DNA from: an uncultured Bacilli bacterium
GTDB taxonomy: Bacteria; Bacillota_I; Bacilli_A; RF39; UBA660
NCBI GenBank assembly: GCA_944351375.1
Contig: CALVPN010000001.1
Span: forward strand, 1-42,321
Length of the DNA: 42,321 nt
Reading direction: 5' to 3'
The translations under genes and the position numbers were made by a program. Of this stretch, positions 1 to 9,362 are shown piece by piece. The notes beneath the pieces were generated by a model, which searched no databases, was not told the DNA's origin, and saw only the letters and a program-made list of their open reading frames with translations. Positions within the stretch are counted from its first letter, which is position 1. Each line of letters starts with the position of its first letter.

Positions 1-2854
1 CACCACCACCTGTATTGGTTCCCGTGACAGTTACTGTGATATTTCCTGTTTCTTTTGTTTCTCCATCATAGGTAAAACGATATTTTAGAGTATAGGTATT
101 TGGTGTTGAAATTATACCTGATGATATGTCAATATTAGGGGAAACACTACTAAGACGCCAGTTGCTTGTCTCACTCGTTACATCTGTTGAACCGTTATAA
201 ACTTTTATATTATAATCCAAAATATTGTTTATATTAAATGTCTCTACAGTAATAGCACTTGCTCTAATACTTAGATTGGCACTTTGTTTTTTCAATTCAT
301 AAGTGGCTGGTTGGCTATTTAGTCCATCATATTTTTGGAATGTAGCAACAACTTTATAAGTACCATAAGGATTACTTGGATTATTAACTGTATAACTTGT
401 ATTAGTTGTAAATCCTAGTAAAGTATTGTTAAAGTAAACATTATAACCAAAATCTCCATATGCTGAATCAGTAGTACCAGGGTTAACAGCATTCCATGAA
501 AGTTTAACACTACCATTAGAATATGTTGCAGATAAACCTGTTGGTGTAGCTAAATTGCTTGTTTCAACATTACCAGATGGTTCATGATCTTTTTTGAAGT
601 ATTCATATGTAGTTGATCCTGTATAACCTGTACCAGCAACTTTTGCAGTAGAGCTACCTGATACTAGAGGTACTCTTGAGACACTTTCTGGCATTTTGAA
701 TTCTTCTTTATTATCTTCGAAAACTTCATTGGCAATAGCTGTAAATAATCTATCACGTTGTACAGTTCCTGATAGGTTATGACAATAATAACCTTGACTA
801 ACTAAATCGGCATTAGTTTTTTCATAACCATACCACATAGCGATAACAGTTTTTGTAGTATATCCAACTACCCAAGAATCTCTAATAGCATCATCAGCCA
901 TACCAAGTCTTTCTCTAGTAGCTTCATCAAAGTTAGTGGTACCAGTTTTCATGGCAACTCTATCCATCGCACCACCACCAGTTATACTAGTATCATCTAA
1001 TATGCTTGTAATCATAAAGGCAGTAGAATCTTCCATAGCTTTTGTTTTGTTACTTTCATGAGTATATTCTTCTCCAGTATTAGTTATAACAACTTTACTA
1101 ACAGCATATGGTTCATTATAGTAACCACCATTAGAGAAAGCAGCATAAGCAGCAGCCATATCTAGAGAATTAACACCTGTAAAGGCTCCTAGAGAATGTG
1201 CTTCATGAATTTTTCCATTTTCTATTTCAGGTTCAATTCCTAATTTTTGGACAAATTCAATTATTTTGGCATTATCTACTTGTTGGAAAGCTTTAAGGGC
1301 AGGAATATTTCTTGATAAAGATAAAGCTCTTCTTGTAGTCATATTACCCATAAATTTTCCATCCCAGTTATTTATTTCTTGACCAGTACTATAAGAATAT
1401 GGTTCATCAACAAACATTCTATAGTTATCATTACCATCATTATAACCAAATGTTGAAGCATTATTATATTCAATTAAAGGTCCATAATCAAATAATGGTT
1501 TAGCAGTTGAACCAGGTTGCCTTCTAATTGTATCACTAGTTGCAAAGTTTAAAGTATTTACACCAGTTTTATTTCTTCCTGCTCCAATCGCTAATATTTT
1601 TCCACTTTCACTATCTAAAACAGTAACACCACTTTGAATAACATCATTAACCCAATTATATTTCTCTCCGCTCATAACCCTATTAAGACCATCTTGTTTA
1701 TCTCTATCTAAATTAGTATATATTTGCATAGAAACTGTGTATGGATTTTGGCCAATTTTATCTTCAACTTCAGCGACAACAGTATCAATATAGCCTTGAT
1801 ATTCACTATTCCCACTTGTATCTGCTGCAGCATTGTAATTAACAAGACTTTCAATACTAATTGAACTTGCTAGTTCTCTTTCTTCTTCAGTAATGTAACC
1901 ATGGCGTTCCATTAAGTAAAGAACAGTATCTCTTCTTTTGGTTACAGCCTCTATATTATCTTCATTGGTTGGACGATAAGTATTAGGGGCTTGGAACATA
2001 CCTGCAATAATACTAGCTTCAGCCAAGTTTAAGTCTTCGATGTCTTTGTTAAAATAAACTCTTGCTGCTTGACTAACACCATAGACATTTCCACCTAAAC
2101 CATGATTATTAACATAAAACTCTATAATTTGTTCTTTTGTATAATTCTTTTCTAGTTTGAATATTGATAAATAAATATCTTGGAACTTTCTTATAACACC
2201 ATCGAGACCTGTAGCGATACTAGATGTTAAACTGTTTTTAACAACTTGCATTGATAGAGTAGAAGCACCACCAGCATCAGAATTACCAAATACTTGTCCA
2301 ATAGATGCTCTTAAAAAACGTGGAGCATCAAAACCATTATGTTGGAAAAATCTTGAATCTTCTGTAGCGATTATAGCATCTACTAGTACTTCAGGTAATT
2401 GTTCATAAGTTACTTTATCACGCATTTCACTACCAAGTTTGGCATATTCTTCACCATTTATGTCATATAAGACAGTAGGTTCACTACTATCTAGTTTTTT
2501 AGCATCAAATTTAGGGTTAGATGATATTGCAATATAGATCATAAAGACAATACCTGCTAGCATTACTAAGATACCGAGAGATAGTATAATAATTAAAATT
2601 GTATTTACTATCTTTTTTTGCTTTGGTTTATTTTTAACACTATCTACTAGTTTAGCAATACCTACAATAATTAGGATGCCAACTCCCATAAATACTGTAA
2701 ATAATAATCCTAGAATAAAGTATCCTACAATCATTAAAATAACAAATAAGCTTGCAAATATTAAGAATAGTTTTTTATCTTGTTTTGTTTTGCTTCTTCT
2801 AGTTTTATTTGTATTCTTAGATTTACTATTTTTATTAGTTCTTGTTTTAGCCAT
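1..2854 (-). CDS. ponA: Class A penicillin-binding protein (bifunctional transglycosylase/transpeptidase, PBP1A-type); 3' end runs off the window
   Basis: Absent from the ORF track because there is no stop inside the window. My reverse-strand translation from ATG 2854-2852 (MAKTRTNKNSKSK..., one TM helix) stays open to position 2. Motifs: ATEDSRFFQHNGFD (~2330-2370) and GGASTLSMQ (glycosyltransferase), RRQPGSTAKP (SxxK, ~1500), SRN, KTGTT (~945), and FN3-like C-terminal repeats. The start overlaps the recU stop by 8 nt, matching the Bacillus recU-ponA arrangement. Confidence 0.92.
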   Translation of the reverse strand, partial: MAKTRTNKNSKSKNTNKTRRSKTKQDKKLFLIFASLFVILMIVGYFILGLLFTVFMGVGILIIVGIAKLVDSVKNKPKQKKIVNTILIIILSLGILVMLAGIVFMIYIAISSNPKFDAKKLDSSEPTVLYDINGEEYAKLGSEMRDKVTYEQLPEVLVDAIIATEDSRFFQHNGFDAPRFLRASIGQVFGNSDAGGASTLSMQVVKNSLTSSIATGLDGVIRKFQDIYLSIFKLEKNYTKEQIIEFYVNNHGLGGNVYGVSQAARVYFNKDIEDLNLAEASIIAGMFQAPNTYRPTNEDNIEAVTKRRDTVLYLMERHGYITEEERELASSISIESLVNYNAAADTSGNSEYQGYIDTVVAEVEDKIGQNPYTVSMQIYTNLDRDKQDGLNRVMSGEKYNWVNDVIQSGVTVLDSESGKILAIGAGRNKTGVNTLNFATSDTIRRQPGSTAKPLFDYGPLIEYNNASTFGYNDGNDNYRMFVDEPYSYSTGQEINNWDGKFMGNMTTRRALSLSRNIPALKAFQQVDNAKIIEFVQKLGIEPEIENGKIHEAHSLGAFTGVNSLDMAAAYAAFSNGGYYNEPYAVSKVVITNTGEEYTHESNKTKAMEDSTAFMITSILDDTSITGGGAMDRVAMKTGTTNFDEATRERLGMADDAIRDSWVVGYTTKTVIAMWYGYEKTNADLVSQGYYCHNLSGTVQRDRLFTAIANEVFEDNKEEFKMPESVSRVPLVSGSSTAKVAGTGYTGSTTYEYFKKDHEPSGNVETSNLATPTGLSATYSNGSVKLSWNAVNPGTTDSAYGDFGYNVYFNNTLLGFTTNTSYTVNNPSNPYGTYKVVATFQKYDGLNSQPATYELKKQSANLSIRASAITVETFNINNILDYNIKVYNGSTDVTSETSNWRLSSVSPNIDISSGIISTPNTYTLKYRFTYDGETKETGNITVTVTGTNTGGG

Positions 2855-3428
2855 TTTTTACCTCCAAAAATTCATCTACTACAGTTAAGTAGTCAAGTCT
2901 AGGACGATATTTTTCTTTTAATAAATAACCTTTGTTTTCAAAATAAGTAAGCGGAATTGATTTTCGTTCATTATTTTTAATAAAAGAAAAAAGGTCCTCT
3001 GCTTTTAATAAATATGTTTTATTAAGTACACAAAAGCGTACAATTATAAAGCCGATTCCCCCATGATTTGTAATATTTTCTAAATGTTTTATTTGGTGTT
3101 TATGAATATTTGCTAGTGGGAAAGAAGTCTTATTTTTAGTCTCTTTGGCTTCAAAGTCAATATAATAGCCTTTATAGATACCATTATAGTCAGTAGTAGA
3201 TGGTTCCATATAGAAAGCTTCTTTAATAGTAGAAGTTCTATCTTTTCTAAAATCTACTTTTGTAACTTTTATTGGTGTAGGCTTTTTATATATATATGCA
3301 AGATCTTTCTCTCTATAGTAACTATTTGTTTCATTTATATCATCTTCTAAAGTCATACCACGATGTGAGTAGTTAATTACTTGTTCATGACTTTTTTTTA
3401 TCCCAGTAGGATAATTCATCTTTATCAC
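2847..3428 (-). CDS. recU: Holliday junction resolvase RecU
   Basis: 193 aa. Long near-identical blocks to B. subtilis RecU as I recall it: RGMTLEDDINETN, YKKPTPI, STTDYNGIYKGYYIDFEAKETKNKTSFPL. Lies immediately upstream of ponA. Confidence 0.93.
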   Translation of the reverse strand: MIKMNYPTGIKKSHEQVINYSHRGMTLEDDINETNSYYREKDLAYIYKKPTPIKVTKVDFRKDRTSTIKEAFYMEPSTTDYNGIYKGYYIDFEAKETKNKTSFPLANIHKHQIKHLENITNHGGIGFIIVRFCVLNKTYLLKAEDLFSFIKNNERKSIPLTYFENKGYLLKEKYRPRLDYLTVVDEFLEVKNG

Positions 3429-3469
3429 CTATTAGTAATTATACTATATCTTTTTAGAAATATCTATAA

Positions 3470-4261
3470 TTATTGATTATTTTTCTTTCTAGTGAATTGA
3501 TATATTTTAGTATCATCTATAGCAGCCTTTTCATAAGGCTTTGTTGTTCTTTCTTTTCTTTTTATTTCATATAGTTTTACGTTGTCATTAGCTTTTTCAT
3601 TAATACATGTACTTAAGAATGGAATTCTCTTTGCTATAAAAGATGTTATGCTTATATATGAGTTTTCTAGTATTACAAATTCTTGTTTGCAAGCATCTTG
3701 ATATTCTTTACTGTAATCAAGTAATGCTGGTTTATTATTTTTACCTTTAAAGTAAAAGAATTCTTCAATTATCTTATCATTTTTATTAGATTGTTTTTCT
3801 ATAAATTTATTATCTTTATTGTTTTTATTATATTCAAATTCTTTAGGTGGTAATGTTTCTTTTGTTATATGGATACAGTCATCTTTGATGTGATATATGT
3901 GTTTTATGTTTTTATTATCAACTAGTTTTACTATAAATTCATTATTGTTATTTTCATCGATATTATGTCTCATTATAAAAGTGTATTCATTTTTTTCAAC
4001 ATCACCAATTAATAGGTGGTCTAAGTAAAGTTTATCATTATTATCTCTATTAAGGGAAAAAGCCCAGTTTTTACCTTTGAAACGAATACGTTTTTCATTA
4101 TTAATATCTTTAAAGACTCCCATTCTTTCAATTGTGTTGTTTTTAATATTTAATAGTCTAAACCATCCTTTTTCTGCTAATGGTCTATAACCTTTTATTT
4201 CAAAAAAACTTATTAGTTCTTCACTTTCTAAAAATTCTTTAATATTTTCCATTAAATCCAT
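3470..4261 (-). CDS. Hypothetical protein (263 aa, N/K-rich, no recognisable domain)
   Basis: Long ORF co-oriented with recU-ponA. GGAGGAACA lies just upstream of the ATG at 4261. No motif recognised. Confidence 0.6.
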   Translation of the reverse strand: MDLMENIKEFLESEELISFFEIKGYRPLAEKGWFRLLNIKNNTIERMGVFKDINNEKRIRFKGKNWAFSLNRDNNDKLYLDHLLIGDVEKNEYTFIMRHNIDENNNNEFIVKLVDNKNIKHIYHIKDDCIHITKETLPPKEFEYNKNNKDNKFIEKQSNKNDKIIEEFFYFKGKNNKPALLDYSKEYQDACKQEFVILENSYISITSFIAKRIPFLSTCINEKANDNVKLYEIKRKERTTKPYEKAAIDDTKIYQFTRKKNNQ

Positions 4262-4393
4262 AATGTGTTCCTCCTCAAAATTAGATATTATTATACTACA
4301 ATATATTATAATGTCAAAGAAAAACTTGTTTTGTCGAATTTGTTGTTATTTTTTCTTTTTTTAATTACTATGTAAATAAGGATGGTGATTCTT

Positions 4394-4504
4394 ATGAATA
4401 ATAATGATGTAATACTTATATTATCTAGTCTTAGTAATAAAATTAAAGAAGCTTTAATGATAAGAGATGCAGAAGTTCTTTTAGAAAAGATTGACAAAAA
4501 GTGA
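4394..4504 (+). CDS. Candidate small protein (36 aa, MNNNDVILILSSLSNKIKEALMIRDAEVLLEKIDKK)
   Basis: Not in the ORF track. SD-like AAGGATGGTGA sits 5 nt before the ATG. A TTGTTA-17-TACTAT promoter-like pair lies at 4343-4371. Co-oriented with gpsB. No homology recognised. Confidence 0.3.
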   Translation: MNNNDVILILSSLSNKIKEALMIRDAEVLLEKIDKK

Positions 4505-4519
4505 TATATTTTCTAAAAT
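4491..4519 (+). promoter_or_regulatory. SigA-type promoter for gpsB (TTGACA-17 nt-TAAAAT)
   Basis: TTGACA at 4491-4496, 17-nt spacer, TAAAAT at 4514-4519, about 28 nt upstream of the gpsB ATG. Confidence 0.5.
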
Positions 4520-4546
4520 AAGAGTGTAAAGGGATTGGTGATTTAG

Positions 4547-4876
4547 ATGTATCAGAATAAAATTACCTTAACACCACAGGAAATATTAGAGAAAGACTTT
4601 AAGATTGATACAAGAGGGTATCGTCTTAAAGAAGTTGATCAATTTCTTGATGTTATCATTGGTGATTATGAACAATTTTTTATAATTATTGATAGTCTTG
4701 AAAAAGAAAAAGCTGAATTACTTAGAGAAATTATGTCTTTAAAACAAGAACTTAGAAATGCTAAAGTTAATGTTGAGATTGCTAAAAATAATAGTGATAC
4801 AACAGAGATTAGTAATCTAGATATTTTAAGAAGACTTAGCAAACTTGAAAAAGAAGTTTACGGCAAAGATGATTAA
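4547..4876 (+). CDS. gpsB: Cell-cycle protein GpsB (DivIVA-domain)
   Basis: 109 aa. N-terminal DivIVA/GpsB signature LTPQEILEKDFKIDTRGYRLKEVDQFLD followed by a coiled coil. Lies between recU-ponA and rnpB. Confidence 0.85.
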   Translation: MYQNKITLTPQEILEKDFKIDTRGYRLKEVDQFLDVIIGDYEQFFIIIDSLEKEKAELLREIMSLKQELRNAKVNVEIAKNNSDTTEISNLDILRRLSKLEKEVYGKDD

Positions 4877-5225
4877 TATTTTAGGCAAGTGCTGGGATTA
4901 ATTCCTAGAGGAAAGTCCATGCTCACACATTCTGAGATGAATGTAGTGTTTGTGCTTAGGGAAAAAATAACCTAAGGTAGTGCTTTTGGTACTAACGGCT
5001 TAGTCTTTACCTAAAGATTTTCTATGGTAAAGACTTATAAAGTGCCACAGAGACGAGTGTCTGGGAAACTAGACTATGTGAAACGCGGTAAACCCCACAA
5101 GTGAGAAACCCAAATTATGGTAGGGGAGCTTTAAAAGAAGAAATGAATTCTTTTAAGGACTAGAAATAGTAGATAAATACTTGCCACCTAGTAATAGGTA
5201 CAGAACATGGCTTATTAAATATTAA
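4873..5225 (+). ncRNA. rnpB: RNase P RNA, bacterial type B
   Basis: Universally conserved P4 strands GAGGAAAGTCCATGCTC (~4908-4924) and ACAGAACATGGCTTA (~5200-5214). Also AAGTGCCACAGAGACGA, AACGCGGTAAACCCC and GAGAAACCCAAAT blocks that match Bacillus type-B RNA. The terminal P1 helix pairs TTAATATTT (4873-4881) with AAATATTAA (5217-5225). Ends are approximate. Confidence 0.9.
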
Positions 5226-5249
5226 TTATTATGAATTGGAGACGAATTT

Positions 5250-5747
5250 ATGAAAGAGTTAGGTGAATACCTTCAAGATACAAGACGAAGTAATGGTGTT
5301 AGTATAGAGGAAGCAGCAAGTGATTTAAATGTTGATGTTTCATATCTTGAAAATATAGAGAGTGCTAATGTTAGAGCTTTTAAAGATGTATATTATTTGA
5401 AGGGACTAGTTAAAAGTTATGCTAAGTATTTGGGATTAGATGAAGCGAAAATTCAAGATGAGTTCAATGATTTTTTATTTGAGCATACTTCTAAAATATC
5501 TCTTGATGATATTATGAGTGCCAAAAAGAAAAAAGAAGAGGAAGAAAGATTAGAAAATACTAAAAAAATACAGTCCCCTTATACTAAAGAATATAAAAAA
5601 AAGATAAGAAAATTACCATTTATTTTAGCAGGGTTGATTTTTTTAATTGCTATTATTATTTCAGTAATAGTTATTAAAACTATAAATAGAGAACCTGCTA
5701 TTACTAGTGAGTTGAAAGGAATAGAAGTTTATGAATACACCTACTAA
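5250..5747 (+). CDS. rodZ: RodZ/YmfM-like XRE-HTH membrane protein
   Basis: N-terminal HTH (LGEYLQDTRRSNGVSIEEAASDLNV), a basic linker, and a single TM (LPFILAGLIFLIAIIISVIVI). Lies directly upstream of pgsA and overlaps it, as for ymfM-pgsA in Bacillus. Confidence 0.6.
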   Translation: MKELGEYLQDTRRSNGVSIEEAASDLNVDVSYLENIESANVRAFKDVYYLKGLVKSYAKYLGLDEAKIQDEFNDFLFEHTSKISLDDIMSAKKKKEEEERLENTKKIQSPYTKEYKKKIRKLPFILAGLIFLIAIIISVIVIKTINREPAITSELKGIEVYEYTY

Positions 5748-6330
5748 ATTAACGTTTTTAAGAATTATTTTAACCATTGTAATGATTATAATTTTAATAT
5801 TTCCATTTTATTTAGTTGGATTTAATTTTCCTCAATATGAAGTAGGGGGAATATATATAAGATTAGAATATATAATAGCAGGGGTAGTATTTATTGTTGC
5901 TAGTCTGACTGATTTTCTAGATGGGTATTTGGCTAGGAAAAATAATCAAGTAACTGATTTAGGAAAAATGTTAGATGCTATAGCTGATAAAGCATTAGTA
6001 AATAGTGCTTTAATTATATTAGCTTATAAAGGATTTATTCCTGTTGCTATTCCTGTTATTATTATATTTAGGGATACTATTGTTGATGCCATTAAAATGC
6101 AAGCATCTAGTAAGGGTAAAGTAGTAGCTGCTATTAGATCTGGTAAAATTAAAACAGCTTCAATGATGGTTGGATTAGTTTTGACATTTTTCTATAATTT
6201 ACCATTTGAATTTTGGAATATTAGAGTTTCTGATTTTCTAGTTTATTTTGCAACTATTATGTCTATTATTTCTATGATTGAATATTTTAATCTTAATAAG
6301 AAGTTAATATTGGAACCAAAAGAAGAATAA
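5731..6330 (+). CDS. pgsA: CDP-diacylglycerol--glycerol-3-phosphate 3-phosphatidyltransferase
   Basis: CDP-alcohol phosphatidyltransferase motif DGYLARKNNQVTDLGKMLDAIADK. Multi-TM, 199 aa. Confidence 0.9.
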   Translation: MNTPTKLTFLRIILTIVMIIILIFPFYLVGFNFPQYEVGGIYIRLEYIIAGVVFIVASLTDFLDGYLARKNNQVTDLGKMLDAIADKALVNSALIILAYKGFIPVAIPVIIIFRDTIVDAIKMQASSKGKVVAAIRSGKIKTASMMVGLVLTFFYNLPFEFWNIRVSDFLVYFATIMSIISMIEYFNLNKKLILEPKEE

Positions 6331-6346
6331 TTTGGTTCTTTTTTTA
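6312..6346 (+). terminator. Intrinsic terminator after pgsA
   Basis: GGAACCAAA (6312-6320) pairs with TTTGGTTCT (6331-6339), followed by a T-run. The stop codon lies in the loop. Confidence 0.7.
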
Positions 6347-6437
6347 TTCGTTTTTTAAAATTGTTAAGAGCAATTTTAAAAAAATAGCCTTTTTAGAACG
6401 ACAAAATTTATTTTTCAAACTTTTGTTCGAAAAATGC

Positions 6438-6466
6438 TTGACAATTTTTATTTCTCTTTATACAAT
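6438..6466 (+). promoter_or_regulatory. Consensus SigA promoter for recA (TTGACA-17-TACAAT)
   Basis: TTGACA 6438-6443, 17-nt spacer, TACAAT 6461-6466. Confidence 0.7.
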
Positions 6467-6499
6467 GGTATTGTAATTAATTTATACAAGGAGGAAGTT

Positions 6500-7525
6500 A
6501 TGAGTAAAATGGCTAGCAAAGGCAGTAAAGATAAAAATTTAGAAAGTGTTTTAGCTGATATAGAGAAACAATTTGGTAAAGGAGCTGTTATGAGACTTGG
6601 GGATAATCCTCATATGAAGCTTGATGTTGTTTCTAGTGGATGTTTAAGTTTAGATGTTGCTCTTGGTATAGGAGGATATCCTAAGGGAAGAATTATTGAA
6701 ATTTATGGACCTGAATCTAGTGGTAAAACTACTTTTGCACTACAAGCTATAGCAGAAGTACAAAAAAAAGGAGGAAGAGCAGCTTTTATTGATGCAGAAC
6801 ATGCACTTGATCCTGTTTATGCTAAAAGACTTGGTGTTAATACTAATGAACTTATTTTGTCACAACCTGATACTGGTGAACAAGCACTTGAAATTTGTGA
6901 GGCTTTAGTTAGAAGTGAGGCAGTTAGTATTGTTGTTATAGATTCAGTAGCAGCGCTTGTTCCTCAAGCAGAGATTGATGGGGAAATGGGAGATTCTCAT
7001 GTTGGTTTACAAGCTAGACTTATGTCACAAGCTTTACGTAAGTTAAGTGGTACTATTAATAAGACTAATACTATTGCAATTTTTATTAATCAATTAAGAG
7101 AGAAAGTTGGGGTTATGTTTGGTAATCCTGAAACTACTCCTGGTGGTAGAGCTTTAAAATTTTATTCTACTATTAGACTTGATATTAGACGTAATGAACA
7201 ACTAAAAATTGGGGATAAAGTTATGGGTAACAAAACTACTGTTAAAGTTGTTAAAAATAAAGTAGCTCCTCCATTTAAAACTGCTGTTGTTGATATTATG
7301 TATGGTGAGGGTATATCAAAAGAAGGTGAGCTTATAGATTTAGGTAGTGAAGCTGGTATTATAGAAAAGACAGGAGCATGGTATTCTTATAATGGTGAGA
7401 AGCTTGGTCAAGGTAAAGAAAATGTTAAATTACTACTTAAAGATAGAGTCGAATTAAGAGATGAGATTGAAGAAAAAGTAAGAGAGTTTTATGGTATTAG
7501 TTTAGATAAAAATAGTAAAGAATAA
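6500..7525 (+). CDS. recA: Recombinase RecA
   Basis: Walker [10 protein letters not shown], plus the FIDAEHALD and [11 protein letters not shown] blocks. I chose the ATG at 6500, preceded by AAGGAGGAAG, rather than the upstream track start at 6434, which would read through the promoter. Confidence 0.97.
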   Translation: MSKMASKGSKDKNLESVLADIEKQFGKGAVMRLGDNPHMKLDVVSSGCLSLDVALGIGGYPKGRIIEIYGPESSGKTTFALQAIAEVQKKGGRAAFIDAEHALDPVYAKRLGVNTNELILSQPDTGEQALEICEALVRSEAVSIVVIDSVAALVPQAEIDGEMGDSHVGLQARLMSQALRKLSGTINKTNTIAIFINQLREKVGVMFGNPETTPGGRALKFYSTIRLDIRRNEQLKIGDKVMGNKTTVKVVKNKVAPPFKTAVVDIMYGEGISKEGELIDLGSEAGIIEKTGAWYSYNGEKLGQGKENVKLLLKDRVELRDEIEEKVREFYGISLDKNSKE

Positions 7526-7548
7526 AAGAAGTCGTTTGACTTCTTTTA
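7525..7548 (+). terminator. Intrinsic terminator after recA
   Basis: AAAGAAGTC, loop GTTT, GACTTCTTTT. Confidence 0.75.
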
Positions 7549-7552
7549 AAGT

Positions 7553-7583
7553 GCTTAAAACCATATCAGCTTAAAACCATATC
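7553..7583 (+). repeat. Perfect tandem direct repeat GCTTAAAACCATATC x2 (16-bp period) abutting the rny -35 box
   Basis: 7553-7567 and 7569-7583 are identical and separated by a single A. TTGACA follows immediately at 7584. Confidence 0.85.
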
Positions 7584-7612
7584 TTGACAACATTAAATTT
7601 AAAACTTACAAT
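7584..7612 (+). promoter_or_regulatory. Consensus SigA promoter for rny (TTGACA-17-TACAAT)
   Basis: TTGACA 7584-7589, 17-nt spacer, TACAAT 7607-7612. Confidence 0.7.
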
Positions 7613-7668
7613 ATAATTAGATTATAGTTTAGATTTTTATTTAAAGTATATTCTAATGGAGGTATAAT

Positions 7669-9222
7669 ATGGAACAGTTTTTATTCTCCATTTTACTTGT
7701 AATTTTTGGATTAGTTGGTGGTTTTGGATTAACTTTTTTAGTTGCTTATTTAAGAGAAGGAGCAACTTCTAAAAAAATAGATAAAATGTTAAAAGATGCA
7801 GAAAAAAATGCTGAAAAGATAAAACGCGATGCTGTTATGGAAGCGAAAGAGAAATCTTATCAGTTGAAACTTGAAGTAGATAAAGATATTAAAGAAAAAA
7901 AATCAGAGCTTAAAGATAGTGAAAATAAGCTATTACAAAGAGAAGCAAGTTTAGATAAAAGAGATGAATTGTGTCAAAAACGTGAATCTACTTTAGATGA
8001 GAGAGAAGAGAAGATAATTCAAAGACAAAAAGAAATTCAAGAAAAAGAAGCAAAAGTGGAGAAAATTAAGAAAGAACAAATTAATTTGCTTGAAGAAATT
8101 TCAGGTTATAGTAAAGAGAAAGCTCATGATTTGATTATGAAAAATGTTAAAGAATCTATGAGTAGAGAAATTGCTATTTATATTAGTGAACAAGAAAATG
8201 ATGCTAAAATGACTGCTGATAAGAAAGCTCAAGAAATGATTGTTAGTTCTATGCAAAAATATGCAGCAGATATTGCAAGTGATCAGACAGTTACTGTTGT
8301 TAGTTTGCCTAATGATGAGATGAAAGGTAGATTAATTGGTAGAGAAGGTAGAAATATTAGAACTATTGAAGCTGTTACTGGTGTTGATTTAATTATTGAT
8401 GATACTCCTGAGGCAGTTGTATTATCTAGTTTTGATCCTTTAAGAAGGGAAATGGCTAGATTAACACTTGAAACTTTAATTAAAGATGGAAGAGTTCATC
8501 CTACAAGAATTGAAGAAGTTTATGATAAAGTATGTAAAGAAACTAAAGAAAAAATCTTAGAGTATGGAAATAGTGCTTTGTTTGAGCTTGGTATTACTAA
8601 AATGGCTCCTGAATTAATTGAAATAATTGGTAGACTTCATTTTAGAACTAGTTATGGACAAAATGCTTTACAACATTCTTTAGAAGTTGCTAATTTAGCT
8701 GGTCTTATGGCTGGTGAGATTGGGGAAGATGTATCTCTTGCTAAAAGAGCTGGACTTTTACATGATATTGGTAAAGCAGTTGATCATGAAATTGAAGGTA
8801 GTCATGTTAGTATAGGTGTTGAGCTTGCTAAAAAATATGGTGAAAATGATGTTGTAATTAATGCTATTGCATCTCACCATGGTGATACTGAACCAACTTC
8901 TGTAATTTCTACTTTAGTGGCAGTAGCTGATGCTTTATCTGCTAGTAGGCCTGGTGCTCGTAATGATTCATTGGAAAATTATGTTAAGAGATTAACTCAG
9001 CTTGAAGAAGTTGCTAATGATATTGGTGGAGTTTCTAAAGCTTATGCGATGCAAGCAGGAAGAGAACTTAGAGTTATAGTTGAACCAGATGAAATAGACG
9101 ATTTAGAAGCTCATAAAGTAGCTCGTGATATTAAAGAAAAAATAGAATCTACTTTAAACTATCCTGGTACTATTAAAATAACAGTAGTAAGAGAGACTAG
9201 GGCAGTTGAAGAAGCTAAGTAA
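7669..9222 (+). CDS. rny: Ribonuclease Y
   Basis: N-terminal TM, K/E-rich coiled coil, KH domain ([12 protein letters not shown]) and HD domain ([12 protein letters not shown]). 517 aa. Lies downstream of recA as in Bacillus. Confidence 0.95.
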   Translation: MEQFLFSILLVIFGLVGGFGLTFLVAYLREGATSKKIDKMLKDAEKNAEKIKRDAVMEAKEKSYQLKLEVDKDIKEKKSELKDSENKLLQREASLDKRDELCQKRESTLDEREEKIIQRQKEIQEKEAKVEKIKKEQINLLEEISGYSKEKAHDLIMKNVKESMSREIAIYISEQENDAKMTADKKAQEMIVSSMQKYAADIASDQTVTVVSLPNDEMKGRLIGREGRNIRTIEAVTGVDLIIDDTPEAVVLSSFDPLRREMARLTLETLIKDGRVHPTRIEEVYDKVCKETKEKILEYGNSALFELGITKMAPELIEIIGRLHFRTSYGQNALQHSLEVANLAGLMAGEIGEDVSLAKRAGLLHDIGKAVDHEIEGSHVSIGVELAKKYGENDVVINAIASHHGDTEPTSVISTLVAVADALSASRPGARNDSLENYVKRLTQLEEVANDIGGVSKAYAMQAGRELRVIVEPDEIDDLEAHKVARDIKEKIESTLNYPGTIKITVVRETRAVEEAK

Positions 9223-9251
9223 AGGACATAAAGAAATTTATAGTCCTTTTA
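9221..9251 (+). terminator. Intrinsic terminator after rny
   Basis: AAAGGAC (9221-9227) pairs with GTCCTTTT (9243-9250). Large 15-nt loop. Confidence 0.6.
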
Positions 9252-9362
9252 TTGTTGTCATAATAATTTGATTGACTTTATAATAATTATTATATTATAG
9301 TAATGTTTGAAATAGTTTTATTTCCTTTTATATGAGTTGTTTAAGTTAGGTGAGAAAGAGGT

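Noticed and set aside
2676-2888. 70-aa + strand ORF from the track
   Set aside because: It lies antisense to the 5' end of ponA and the recU stop. Low-complexity hydrophobic translation typical of the reverse frame of a K/N-rich region. No SD.
4306-4497. 63-aa minus-strand ORF in the recU/gpsB intergenic region
   Set aside because: No SD. It runs through the promoter-like elements. The opposite-strand 36-aa ORF has better signals. Probably a chance ORF in AT-rich DNA.
9252-9362. Possible riboswitch (ZTP/THF-type) in the folD leader
   Set aside because: The region is almost pure A/T. It lacks the GC-rich conserved cores of those riboswitch classes, and I see no convincing structure.
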